A stretch of 64,000 nucleotides of DNA from Acidobacteriota bacterium. GTDB lineage: Bacteria; Acidobacteriota; Terriglobia; Terriglobales; Acidobacteriaceae. Below are positions 9,582 through 19,200 of the stretch, piece after piece. The stretch lies in contig JAFDVV010000019.1 of assembly GCA_018268775.1 (NCBI GenBank), positions 156,483 through 220,482 of the forward strand. Reading direction: 5' to 3'. The notes under the pieces were generated by a model. The model saw only the letters and a program-made list of their open reading frames with translations. It was not told the DNA's origin and did no database searches. A program made the position numbers and the translations under genes. The stretch's first letter is position 1, and each line of letters opens with the position of its first letter.

Positions 9582-10790
9582 TTACTTGCTTTCGATAATT
9601 AACATTGAGACATCGTCTGGAAAGTTCTTGCCTCCGCACCATCTTTCAAGGTCTTCCTGTACGGCTTCAAGGGCTTCCCTGGTTGAAAGACCTGTGGTTT
9701 GTTGAAGCAGCTTCTTCAGGTGGTCCATGGAGTAAGGGACACCCTCTGGATTGGAGCATTCCAGAACCCCATCCGTGTATAAAAGCAGGCGGTCGCCGGG
9801 ATTGAGGATTGTCGTGGTCTCTTCGTAGGTCATGTCGGGCCAGAGGCCTACGGGGAATCCCCCATTGCCGATGGGGCTGATGCTTCCATCGCCGCTTATC
9901 TGCAAAGGAATTGGATGGCCGGCCTGGCAGAACCGGACCTCTCGCGTTTGGGTGTCCAGTACGCCATAGATCATGGTGAAGTAGCCGTCTCCCTGGGGTT
10001 GAAAGCGACGGTTCAGCTCGCTGACAACATCGACGGGGGGGACGATGCGCTTCAGCTCCAGATGCGGGTCGAAGCGAACCATGGGGCTCCCTGGCTGGGG
10101 CGAAAGAAGATGGTTCAGTGTCACGGAGAGCAGGGCCGACGGTATTCCATGTCCAGCGACATCGAGCTGGTAGAAGATGAGATACCGCTCCTGCATCATG
10201 AAGTAGTTGAGGTTGTCGCCAGCCAGGAAGCTGCTGGGCAACACCATCCAGTCGAGCCGGAACGAAGGGTGGACCTCGGATATCTTGGGCATCAGTCCCG
10301 TTTGCAGGGCAGACGCCGCTTGCAGGTCGGATTGAATGGTCTTATAGGCCGCACCGAGTTTCTCATTCAGACGGTTCAGGCTGGCGTTCTGCTCAGCCAG
10401 TTCCTGCCGAAGGGTCAGGATTCGCTCCGCCGCCCTGAGCCGGACCTGCAGGCGGCCAGCCTCAAGAGGAATGCTGATGAAATCGTCCGCCCCGGCATCC
10501 ATGCCTGCGACGAAATCGAGTTCACCCGGCTTGAGCGTGTAAAGAATGATGTAGCAGTAGGTTGGGCTTGGGTTCTCCCGTATCCTCCGGCAGAGGGCAA
10601 GTTCGTCCAGTTCAGAGACGATCCAGTTGCTGAGGACGAGGTCGAAATCGCGCTGCTCCAACAGGGCTACAGCATGTGGCCCGTTGTCCGCCGTCGCTAC
10701 CTTATGGTTCCATTCTTGCAGCCAGCCCAGCAGGAGCTTCCGGGTGGGCAGGTCGTTTTCCACTACAAGAATGTTCATGCACATACCCAA
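9582..10790 (-). CDS. Receiver-like domain fused to a PP2C/SpoIIE phosphatase (RsbU/RsbY/HsbR-like)
   Basis: N-terminal REC fold (ILVVEND..., DLVLSNW, GADDFISIP). C-terminal PP2C motifs (DVAGHGIPSAL, LLLYTDGVLE, DDVSMLIIE). Alternative ATG starts at 10784 and 10778. Confidence 0.8.
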   Translation of the reverse strand: MGMCMNILVVENDLPTRKLLLGWLQEWNHKVATADNGPHAVALLEQRDFDLVLSNWIVSELDELALCRRIRENPSPTYCYIILYTLKPGELDFVAGMDAGADDFISIPLEAGRLQVRLRAAERILTLRQELAEQNASLNRLNEKLGAAYKTIQSDLQAASALQTGLMPKISEVHPSFRLDWMVLPSSFLAGDNLNYFMMQERYLIFYQLDVAGHGIPSALLSVTLNHLLSPQPGSPMVRFDPHLELKRIVPPVDVVSELNRRFQPQGDGYFTMIYGVLDTQTREVRFCQAGHPIPLQISGDGSISPIGNGGFPVGLWPDMTYEETTTILNPGDRLLLYTDGVLECSNPEGVPYSMDHLKKLLQQTTGLSTREALEAVQEDLERWCGGKNFPDDVSMLIIESK

Positions 10791-10936
10791 CCAGAAGAAA
10801 GCAAAGAGTTGTTCGGCAGTATCGCGTTGGAGAGCCGGATAGATTTATATGTTGACCTGAGCAGTCCAGGCAAGTTTACTCGACTATAAATGCCTGTGGG
10901 GGAGCTTCTCAAGAAAGTTGAGCCCCCGGCTGCACA

Positions 10937-12358
10937 TTGGTTATTGAGGACGCCTTGCGACCATTTGAAGTTGCACTGACGATTGCCTTGGCTTTGACCG
11001 CCCTGATCGATCTGGCTGCCGTCAACCGAAGGGCCGGGTCTTTCCTCCGATCGCTTAGCGTGGCGCTGCTTGCCATTCACCTGGTTTATGAAGGCGGTCA
11101 CTGGCAGATGTTGCCGGTATACCTTGCGATCCTTGTGCTGATCTTTACATGGAGGAGGTCCGAGACCGGAGCCTGGAGATGGATGGCATCGGGACTGGTC
11201 TGCATTCTCTGCGCGCTCGGCGGAGTATTGTCCTATGCGATCCCGATGTTCTCCCTCCCTAAACCCACCGGGCCGTATCCCGTTGGCACCTGTGTGATTT
11301 ATATGCGCGATGACAGCCGGAAGGAAGATGCGGGGACGGACCGGGGCCGTAGCCGGGAGTTGATGGTCCAGATTTGGTATCCGGCGGCACCTTCAAAGAA
11401 CCATCTGGCTCCTTACCGGCGGTGGGCCGAGAGCAGGCTGAAAAATTCATATCAAAGTGTCTTGTGGACGAACTCCCGCGAAGATGCCCCAGTGGAATCG
11501 CACAGTGGGCCGTTTCCATTGGTTCTCTTCGGTCATGGATGGGGAGCGACGCGCATCTCGGACACGTTTCTGGCGGAGGACCTGGCCAGTCATGGTTATG
11601 TTGTTGTGTCGACCGACCATCCTTACAACTCAGCGCGCGTGGCGTTTCCCGACGGCCGGGTGATCGATGGAATAGACAATTCGCCCATCATCGATCTGGG
11701 GACTGAGCCGGCCGACAGGACCGAAGAGCTTTGGAACATGGAACTGGAGAAGTGGACGGCGGACCAGTTCTTTGTTTTGAACTCGCTTCAGGCAGCAAAT
11801 CTCGATCCGAAGAGCGTCTGGTACGGGCACCTGAACACAGACATCGTGGGAGCATTAGGACACTCCTTCGGAGGATCGGCGGCGCTGCGCATATGCAGCC
11901 TCGATCCAAGGGTCAGGTCGGCTATCAATATGGATGGCTGGACGTTCGATGGGGTCCGCGACCGGAAGAAGGGGAAGCCCATCATGTATATGTACGAGGT
12001 GAGCACGGATTCACAGCATGTTCTGGTGCACTCCCCCATTCCCGCAGAGCGGGTGAATGCCGAACTGGACGCTCTGGACGATAAGAACGTGCTGGACAAC
12101 CTGAAGGAGTACGGCGGATACAAGTTGACAATCGCAGGGGCCATGCATGCCGACTTTACCGACCAGCCCATGGTCTCGCCGTTCCACAGGATCACTCATA
12201 CGGGGCCGATCAAACCGGCACGAATGCAACTGATCGTTCGAGACTATGCGCTCGCCTTTTTCAATAAAACGCTGAGGGGGCAGAGTTCGCCATTACTGGA
12301 TTCCGGCGACACAAGCCCCTTCGGCGAAGTGCATTTTCAAGAGTGGTCCGCGCAGTAG
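10937..12358 (+). CDS. Membrane-anchored alpha/beta hydrolase (PAF-acetylhydrolase/lipase-like)
   Basis: Three or four N-terminal TM helices, then a hydrolase domain with a GHSFGG nucleophile elbow. TTG start as listed. Confidence 0.6.
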   Translation: MVIEDALRPFEVALTIALALTALIDLAAVNRRAGSFLRSLSVALLAIHLVYEGGHWQMLPVYLAILVLIFTWRRSETGAWRWMASGLVCILCALGGVLSYAIPMFSLPKPTGPYPVGTCVIYMRDDSRKEDAGTDRGRSRELMVQIWYPAAPSKNHLAPYRRWAESRLKNSYQSVLWTNSREDAPVESHSGPFPLVLFGHGWGATRISDTFLAEDLASHGYVVVSTDHPYNSARVAFPDGRVIDGIDNSPIIDLGTEPADRTEELWNMELEKWTADQFFVLNSLQAANLDPKSVWYGHLNTDIVGALGHSFGGSAALRICSLDPRVRSAINMDGWTFDGVRDRKKGKPIMYMYEVSTDSQHVLVHSPIPAERVNAELDALDDKNVLDNLKEYGGYKLTIAGAMHADFTDQPMVSPFHRITHTGPIKPARMQLIVRDYALAFFNKTLRGQSSPLLDSGDTSPFGEVHFQEWSAQ

Positions 12359-12384
12359 AGCGTTGATTCCCATATTGCCGATAC

Positions 12385-15300
12385 TCACGACAGGCATTCC
12401 CGCAGGCTTCTGACGACGCGCGGCAGGTTCTCGTCCGAAAGAACCTGGAGGTGCGCGCCTGGAATCTCAAAGATGCGCACAGGCTGGGTTGAGAATTTGC
12501 TCCATCCCAGGTCTCTCGGCCCTTTTTCCCGCGAAGCCCTCAGCATTGTGATGACGCCATCGTAGGTTTTGGGAACGTAGTTGACCGCTGCGAAGGAGTT
12601 GATGTGATAAACGCTCCGAAGTCTTGAGGGGATCGGTATCTTTCTGGAAGCGGCAAAGGTGTAGTACGTCCGCAGGATGGTGCTCTTCACGCCATCAAAT
12701 ATCTCCATCGGCGTGCACGGGCGCAGACGATGAAAGAACGGGCTCCATACTGCCATGATCTGTCGCACGCCCTTTGCAACAGGGTGATTGTCCTCGCGGA
12801 TGGCATGTCGCCAGACCGGGGTGTCCAACATTCCCAGCATGTCGACTTTTTCGCCGGCGAGTTGAAGCTGGCGCGCCATCTCAAACGCGACAAAGCCGCC
12901 ATAGGAGTATCCGAGGAAGTTGTAAGGGCCGTTGGGCTGTACCTTTCTGACTTCCTGAACGTAGTAGGCTGCGAGGTCTTCAAGCGAGGTCAGGGGTGTG
13001 GCGTCGGGCTGTAGCGATTGCGCCTCAACGCCGTAGATCCGGTACTTCGATCCAAGGCTCTTTGCGAGGTCGTAGAAATTCAACACGTTTCCGCCGACGC
13101 CATGGACGACAAACAGGGGAGCGGATGTGCCGTCGGGCTGGACGGCGACAATCGACGAAGGCACCTGAGGCGTAAGCTGACCTCGGATGAGCGCGGAAAG
13201 CTCCGCGATGGTGGGGCAGTTGAATAGGGTCGCGAGGCCCAGTTTCAGAGAGTATTCCTTGTTGATCTTTGCGATCAATCGCGCGGCGACGAGAGAGCGC
13301 CCGCCAAGCACAAAGAAATTATCGTGCGGCCCAACGCGGTCGACATTCAAGGCCGATTGCCAAATAGCGGCCAGATCGGTAGAGAGCGAATCGTGAGGGA
13401 AATCTGCCGCTCCTACGATTGCCGCCCGCTCATGGGACACAGCCTGCGCAGGTTCGATTGCCAGGGGCCTGGCAACGTACGGAGGTGCAGGCAACTCGCC
13501 GATCTTCTGTTCCGGGGCTGTAACCATGACGTGAAGCAGCGTCTGGTAGTACTCCAGCCATGCCTGGATCGTCGATCGATCAAAGAGGTTGGCGTTGTAT
13601 TCAAGCTCCGCCCGAACGCCCTCTTTTCTTTCGATGACGGCAAGCTGCATCTCGAACGGCATACCTACACTTGTGGTGGGCTGTGGAGTAATTGTCAGCC
13701 CAGGAACTTCACGGGCTTGCAGAAAGGCGGTCTGGCAGAAGAAGTAGAACTGAAAGAGCGGACTCCTTCCAGCCACAGGATGGACGTTGAGCTTATCGAG
13801 AAGCACCTCGAAGGGTACTTCGGTATGTCCCAGGGCTTCGATAGTCTTGTCCCTGTTCGCGACGATGAGGTCGCGTATTGTCAGGTCGTCTCGTACCTGA
13901 AGCCGCAGCGCTACGGGGCCGGCGAAGGGGCCCATCAGCGGTTCTGTCTCACTCCGGCGATTGACGACCGGTGAGCCGACGACGAGGTCTTGCGCGATCG
14001 AAGCGCGTGCCAACAGGAGTGAGAAGCAGGTCAGCGATACGACGTAGAGCGTTGTATCGTTTGCCTGTGCCAACTGCTTGAGGGACTGCGTAAGCTCGCC
14101 CGGAAACAGAAGGCTCTCAAGGGAGCTGTTCGGAGTACCTTGCAGATGAGCGGGCCGGTCGGTAGGGAAGTTCAGCACTGGAAGGTCGCCGGAGAGAGAC
14201 CTGAGCCAGTAATCGAGATGGTGCTGCGTTGCCTCCGATGCGATTCCTTCCCGCTGCCAGACGGAGAAGTCGCCATATTGCAGGGCGAGAGGCTCAAAGC
14301 GGAAGGCGCGGTCTTTGCCGAGGTTCTCGTAGGCTGTCCATAACTCACGCTGAAAGACCTGGATAGACCAGGCATCGGCGATGACGTGATGAACACTCAG
14401 AACGAGGAGGTGTTCTTCTGGCGACAGGCGGCATAGCGAAGCCCGGAAGAGAGGCAGCGAGGATAGATCGAAGGGCTCCCGGAGCATCCGCTGCACGGTT
14501 GCAGCGAGCAAAGCCGCGCGTTCGGTTACGGGGGCCTCATCGATGTTGGCTTGTTCAAGGGCGAACGCTGAGCGGTCGTGGATGACCTGCATCAGCTCGC
14601 CGCCGATCTCGGAGAACGTCGTTCGCAGCGTCTCGTGGCGATCGATAACAAGGCGAAAGCTCTCTTCGAGAAGCGGAATGGAGAGTTTACCGCCAAGCCG
14701 AAGAGTAACCGGCATATGAAACGCCGGATTTTCGGGATCGACTTCAGAGAGCGTCCAGAAGCGTTCCTGCGCGAAGCTGGCGGGAATCGCCTCGGTGCCT
14801 TGCGCTTCTGCAATAGCGCTATCCGCGTTGCCCGAATCCGACGTTGAACAGGCTGCATCTCTCTTGAGGAGTGCTTCCGGGTTGTTTAGTGGAAGGTCGA
14901 CCAGCTTTGTGCTCGTGTCGAGCGCGATGCCGGCGAGAACCTCGTGAAAGTTCGTAAGGAGACCTTCGGCAGTCTCTTTCGAGTAGAGATCGGTCTTGTA
15001 CTCGAGCGAGAGGCGCCAGCCCACCTCGCGTTCGACGAGGAAAAAATTCAGGTCGTAAATCGCCCCTTGAGACTTCGACGGCAGCGTGGTCATGCGAGTG
15101 CCATCGAGTTCGAACTGGAATGGCCCACTGCGTCCGTACTCGCGCTGACAGACGAAGTTGATTCTGAAGAGGCCGGTTGGGTCGATGTCTCGCCCGGCGT
15201 AGTTGCGGACCACTGTTTCGAAGGGGGCGTCCTGATTGGCGAGTGCCTCCCACACACAGTCGCGGACCTTTGCGACGAGATCGCGGAAGGTCAACTCCCC

Positions 15301-16263
15301 CGACAGAGCGGAGCGGACGATGACCTGGTTGGTGAACTGACCGATGAGCGACTCGAATTCGACCCGCGTCCTGCCCGCAAGCGGTGTGCGAAGAGCTACG
15401 TCGCCGGAACCGGTATAGCGATGGAGCAGCGCCATGCAGGCCGCCATGGCGACAACGAAGAAGGTGGTGTTCTCGGTCTGGGCGATACTACGCAGTTGTT
15501 CCGTCAGATTGCGCGGCAGAAGCTGCGACACAATGTCGCTCGCAATGGATGGATCCGCTACATCAAAATCGTGAGCGACCTGTAGCTGCGCGCAGTCCGC
15601 GAGCTTGTTCTTCCAATAGGCAAGCTGGGCCTGGACCTCAGGTTGAGAGAGCATCTCCTGCTGCCAGATAACGTAATCGCCGTATTGGAAGGTAACGGGA
15701 TCCAGAGGAGATGGCTGGTGTTGTGCATGGGCTGTGTAGAGCTTTGCAAGCTCGTCCATCAAGACGCCAATCGACCATCCATCGCAGACGATCTGATGCA
15801 GCGTGAGCACAAGCATCGACTTCGCCGGTGTCAGATGTATGAGGACAACCCGAAACGGTGGAGCTTGCGTCAGGTTGAAGCCGGTCTGCGCCTCACGAAC
15901 ACAGATGTCGTCCAACTCGCCGGCCTGCTTGTCTTCTGGACGGCCACGCAGATCGACGACGTTGAATGCGAGATCGACGGTGGGCCTGACAAGCTGGACG
16001 GTCTCAGCGCCATTGGCCTGGAATGTCGTTCGAAGCGACTCGTGGCGCTGCACGATCTCTCGGAGAGCGCGCTCCAATAGCGCGTCGTCGATGACGCCTT
16101 CAAGGTTCATCCGGAATGCGCCGTTGAACCGGGAGTCCGCCGTGCCGTCAAGATTCACAGGCAGCATGGCTGTCTGACCCGGCGTCAGCGGAAACGCAAA
16201 GTATTCTTCGTCCGGATTGCCGGGCTCCGACGATGGATTGCGAACAGTCATCTCCGAGGTCAT
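12385..16263 (-). CDS. NRPS termination protein with domains C(HQxxxDG)-C-T-TE and no adenylation domain
   Basis: - C1 spans about aa 20-460, with FPLTPGQ at its N-terminus and LHQIVCDGWS.
- C2 spans about aa 493-920, with SFAQERFW and VHHVIADAWS.
- T domain Ser lies in FFVLGGRSL (about aa 990).
- TE has GYSYGG (about aa 1118-1122) and a C-terminal GAH.
- 4-nt overlap with the upstream gene. Confidence 0.9.
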   Translation of the reverse strand: MTSEMTVRNPSSEPGNPDEEYFAFPLTPGQTAMLPVNLDGTADSRFNGAFRMNLEGVIDDALLERALREIVQRHESLRTTFQANGAETVQLVRPTVDLAFNVVDLRGRPEDKQAGELDDICVREAQTGFNLTQAPPFRVVLIHLTPAKSMLVLTLHQIVCDGWSIGVLMDELAKLYTAHAQHQPSPLDPVTFQYGDYVIWQQEMLSQPEVQAQLAYWKNKLADCAQLQVAHDFDVADPSIASDIVSQLLPRNLTEQLRSIAQTENTTFFVVAMAACMALLHRYTGSGDVALRTPLAGRTRVEFESLIGQFTNQVIVRSALSGELTFRDLVAKVRDCVWEALANQDAPFETVVRNYAGRDIDPTGLFRINFVCQREYGRSGPFQFELDGTRMTTLPSKSQGAIYDLNFFLVEREVGWRLSLEYKTDLYSKETAEGLLTNFHEVLAGIALDTSTKLVDLPLNNPEALLKRDAACSTSDSGNADSAIAEAQGTEAIPASFAQERFWTLSEVDPENPAFHMPVTLRLGGKLSIPLLEESFRLVIDRHETLRTTFSEIGGELMQVIHDRSAFALEQANIDEAPVTERAALLAATVQRMLREPFDLSSLPLFRASLCRLSPEEHLLVLSVHHVIADAWSIQVFQRELWTAYENLGKDRAFRFEPLALQYGDFSVWQREGIASEATQHHLDYWLRSLSGDLPVLNFPTDRPAHLQGTPNSSLESLLFPGELTQSLKQLAQANDTTLYVVSLTCFSLLLARASIAQDLVVGSPVVNRRSETEPLMGPFAGPVALRLQVRDDLTIRDLIVANRDKTIEALGHTEVPFEVLLDKLNVHPVAGRSPLFQFYFFCQTAFLQAREVPGLTITPQPTTSVGMPFEMQLAVIERKEGVRAELEYNANLFDRSTIQAWLEYYQTLLHVMVTAPEQKIGELPAPPYVARPLAIEPAQAVSHERAAIVGAADFPHDSLSTDLAAIWQSALNVDRVGPHDNFFVLGGRSLVAARLIAKINKEYSLKLGLATLFNCPTIAELSALIRGQLTPQVPSSIVAVQPDGTSAPLFVVHGVGGNVLNFYDLAKSLGSKYRIYGVEAQSLQPDATPLTSLEDLAAYYVQEVRKVQPNGPYNFLGYSYGGFVAFEMARQLQLAGEKVDMLGMLDTPVWRHAIREDNHPVAKGVRQIMAVWSPFFHRLRPCTPMEIFDGVKSTILRTYYTFAASRKIPIPSRLRSVYHINSFAAVNYVPKTYDGVITMLRASREKGPRDLGWSKFSTQPVRIFEIPGAHLQVLSDENLPRVVRSLRECLS

Positions 16264-19200
16264 CGATTTCCGTTTCTTCCGGGATCGACCGGCTCAGGCT
16301 CACGCAGCACTTGCGGCTGGGTGATTCTGTATTTCGACCGTGAGACAGGGACCAAGGGGGCCTGTCTGGGCGCGGCCGCACCCTTTTCGATGTCCGCAAG
16401 TATGGCTGCGATATTGCGGTGCTGAAGTATCTGACGCGGACGGGCTTCAATTCCTGCCTGGTTGGCACGCGCCGCGATCTGGAAGACGTGGAGAGAGTCG
16501 CCGCCAAGCTCGAATATGTTGTCTTCTACCCCGACGCGCTCAAGGTGCAAGACATCGGCCCATATCTTCGCGAAGCTCTCCTCTTGCGAGGTGCGCGGGG
16601 CAACGTACTTTGAGTTCTGCGAGAGTGACGTCCAACTGGGAGCGGGAAGCGCTTTGCGGTCGATCTTTCCGTTCGCCGTCAGGGCAAAGGACGGCAGGCT
16701 GATAAACGCCGCGGGTACCATGTAGTCCGGCAGCCTGCCCAGAAGATAGCTGCGTAGATCACCGGCATCTGGCGCCGTATCGTGACGCGGAATGATGTAG
16801 GCCACCAGACGCTTGTCGCCGGGGACGTCTTCGCGCAGCAGTACGACGGCCTGATCGAGCGCCGGATGGGTCGAGAGTATGCTCTCAATCTCGCCAAGCT
16901 CGATGCGGAATCCGCGAAGTTTGATCTGGCCGTCGGCCCTGCCGAGGAACTCAAGTTCACCGTTTTTCAGGCGGCGAACCATGTCGCCGGTGCGGTAGAG
17001 CCGTGCTCCCGGCTTGCTGCTGAAAGGATCGGAAATAAACCGTGCGGCCGTCAGGTCGGGACGCTTGTAGTATCCCTTGGCTACACCTGCACCGCCAATG
17101 TAGAGCTCGCCGGGAACGCCAAGTGGAACGAGTTGCTGCAACGGGTCGAGCACGTAAAACTGAGTGTTGTCGATTGGCAGTCCAACCGGAACTGCGCTGC
17201 CCCGGTTGGTGATGCGATTGGCCGCCGACCAGATCGTCGTCTCCGTTGGCCCGTACATGTTCCAGAGTTTGATGCCGCAGTCGAGTATCTGATCGGCCAG
17301 GTCGCGAGGCATTGCCTCGCCGCCACACCATGCGGTGATCGCGGGCTCTCCCTTCCATCCCGCCGCAAGCAGTAGACGAAAGGTGATGGGAGTGGCCTGC
17401 ATGATGGTCGCATGCGAGTCGCGCAGCAGCTTCAACAGTTGAGTGCCGTCGCTCGCAACCGCGCGGCTTGCAAGGACCAGTTCCGCGCCGCTGACGAGAG
17501 GCAAATATATCTCAAGCGCGGCGATATCGAAGGAGATTGTTGTGACGGCAACCAGAGTGTCCTTTGCTGTAAGTCCTGGTGTCTTTGCCATGGAGTTCAG
17601 CAGGTTTACAGCGTTTGAGTGCGTGACCTCAACTCCCTTTGGACGCCCCGTCGAACCAGATGTGTAGATAACGTATGCGACCTGTGAAGGCACATAGTTC
17701 AAATTGAGGTTGCCTGGGTCTTCCAACTCGATCTCGGGCCAAAGCGCGTCCACCGATAGAACTCTGGAGTTTGCGGATGGAACGTCGCCGGCGATCGCGG
17801 CCTGGGTGAGAACGGTCGGATTGACGATGTCCTCAAAGACCATCTTCAGGCGCTCGGCAGGGAACGTTGGATCGAGAGGAACGTAGGTCGCGCCAGCTTT
17901 CCAGACCGCAAGCAGCGAGACGATCATCGCGACCGACCGCTCCATATAGATTCCCACGACGTCGCCAGTCTTGACGCCATGCGAGAGAAGGTAGCGGGCA
18001 AGCCGGTTGACCCTCTCGTTCAACTGGAGATAGCTCAGGGACTGGTCTTCGAACTGTAGTGCCGGGGCATGCGGCGTTCTGGCCGTCTGCTGCTCGAAGA
18101 GTTGGTGGACGCAAAGGTCTTCCGGGAACGAGGCCTCAGTCTGGTTGAACGCAAATAGCGCGAGGTCGTGCTCCTTGCCGGTGAGCAGGGGAAGACGCGC
18201 GAGAGGCTGCGATGCGTCGCCGGTAAGGCCATTCAACAGAGCTTCATAGCATTCCATCCATCGCGTTACGGTCTCCTTGTCGATGAGGTTTGTGTTGTAG
18301 TCAACGTGCAGTGTGAGTCCGTCGGATCCTTCCACCGCGTTGACGAAGAGGTCGAAGTTGACGAAGCTCTTGGGATTCGGTTCGATCTTCGTCTCAAGGT
18401 TTGCAAACTTCAGATCGCCGCCGATCTTCTCGAGATTGAATTGCACTTCGAGGAGAGGAAGACGGCTGGCGTCGCGCGGGATCGCGAGCTTACGTACCAG
18501 TCTGCCGAAGGTGTAGTTCTGATGGTCGTAGGCATCGAAGACAGTTTGGCGTACTTGATCGAAGAACTGCGCCGTTGAAATGCCCTCGGCAGGCAGCGTC
18601 CGCATAGGCACGAAGTTGACGCAGTGGCCGACCAGTGTCTTGTCTTCAACGAGCGACTGGCCGGCTGCCGGAACGCCGATGACGATATCGTCCTGGTTCG
18701 AGAGCCGCGACAGCAGAGCGGAGAAGGCGCTCAACAGTGTGGCGAAGAGCGTGCATTTCTGTTGTGCACCGGCCTTCTTGATCTCCTTCAGCGTTTGTAA
18801 GTCGATCTTCTTCGTGAACGTCGAGCCTTCAAAGCTCTTCATCGCAGGACGCGCATGATCGAGTGGAAGGTCGAGCAGTGGAGGCAGTATCTCGAATTTC
18901 TTCGTCCAGTAAGATTCGACTGCTGCGCCTTCGATGCTGGCGAAGTGTTTTTCCTGCGCCCTTGCATACTCGCTGAAGGGCATAAGTGGACCGAGTGCGG
19001 GAGAGGTTCCCGCAGAGCGCGCGGTGTAAGTCTTTGCCAATTCGTCGAGCAGGACGTTGATGCTCCAGCCATCGCAGACCGCGTGGTGCGCGGTAAACAC
19101 AAGAGCGTGACGTTGCGGCGCGAAGCGCAGCAGAGACATACGAACCAGAGGCCCCAGCTTCAGATCGAAGGGTTTGCGGGCATCTTCGGCAATGAAACGG

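Noticed and set aside
16782-17375. Numerous 60-290-aa ORFs antisense to or out of frame with the megasynthase, kdp, RND and copA genes. Examples: 16782-17375, 19575-20441, 37792-38601, 55646-56473, 49952-50455.
   Set aside because: These are typical shadow ORFs of GC-rich DNA. Their translations are Arg/Ala/Pro/Gly-rich and low in complexity, with no motifs. Each lies fully inside a gene with strong family signatures.
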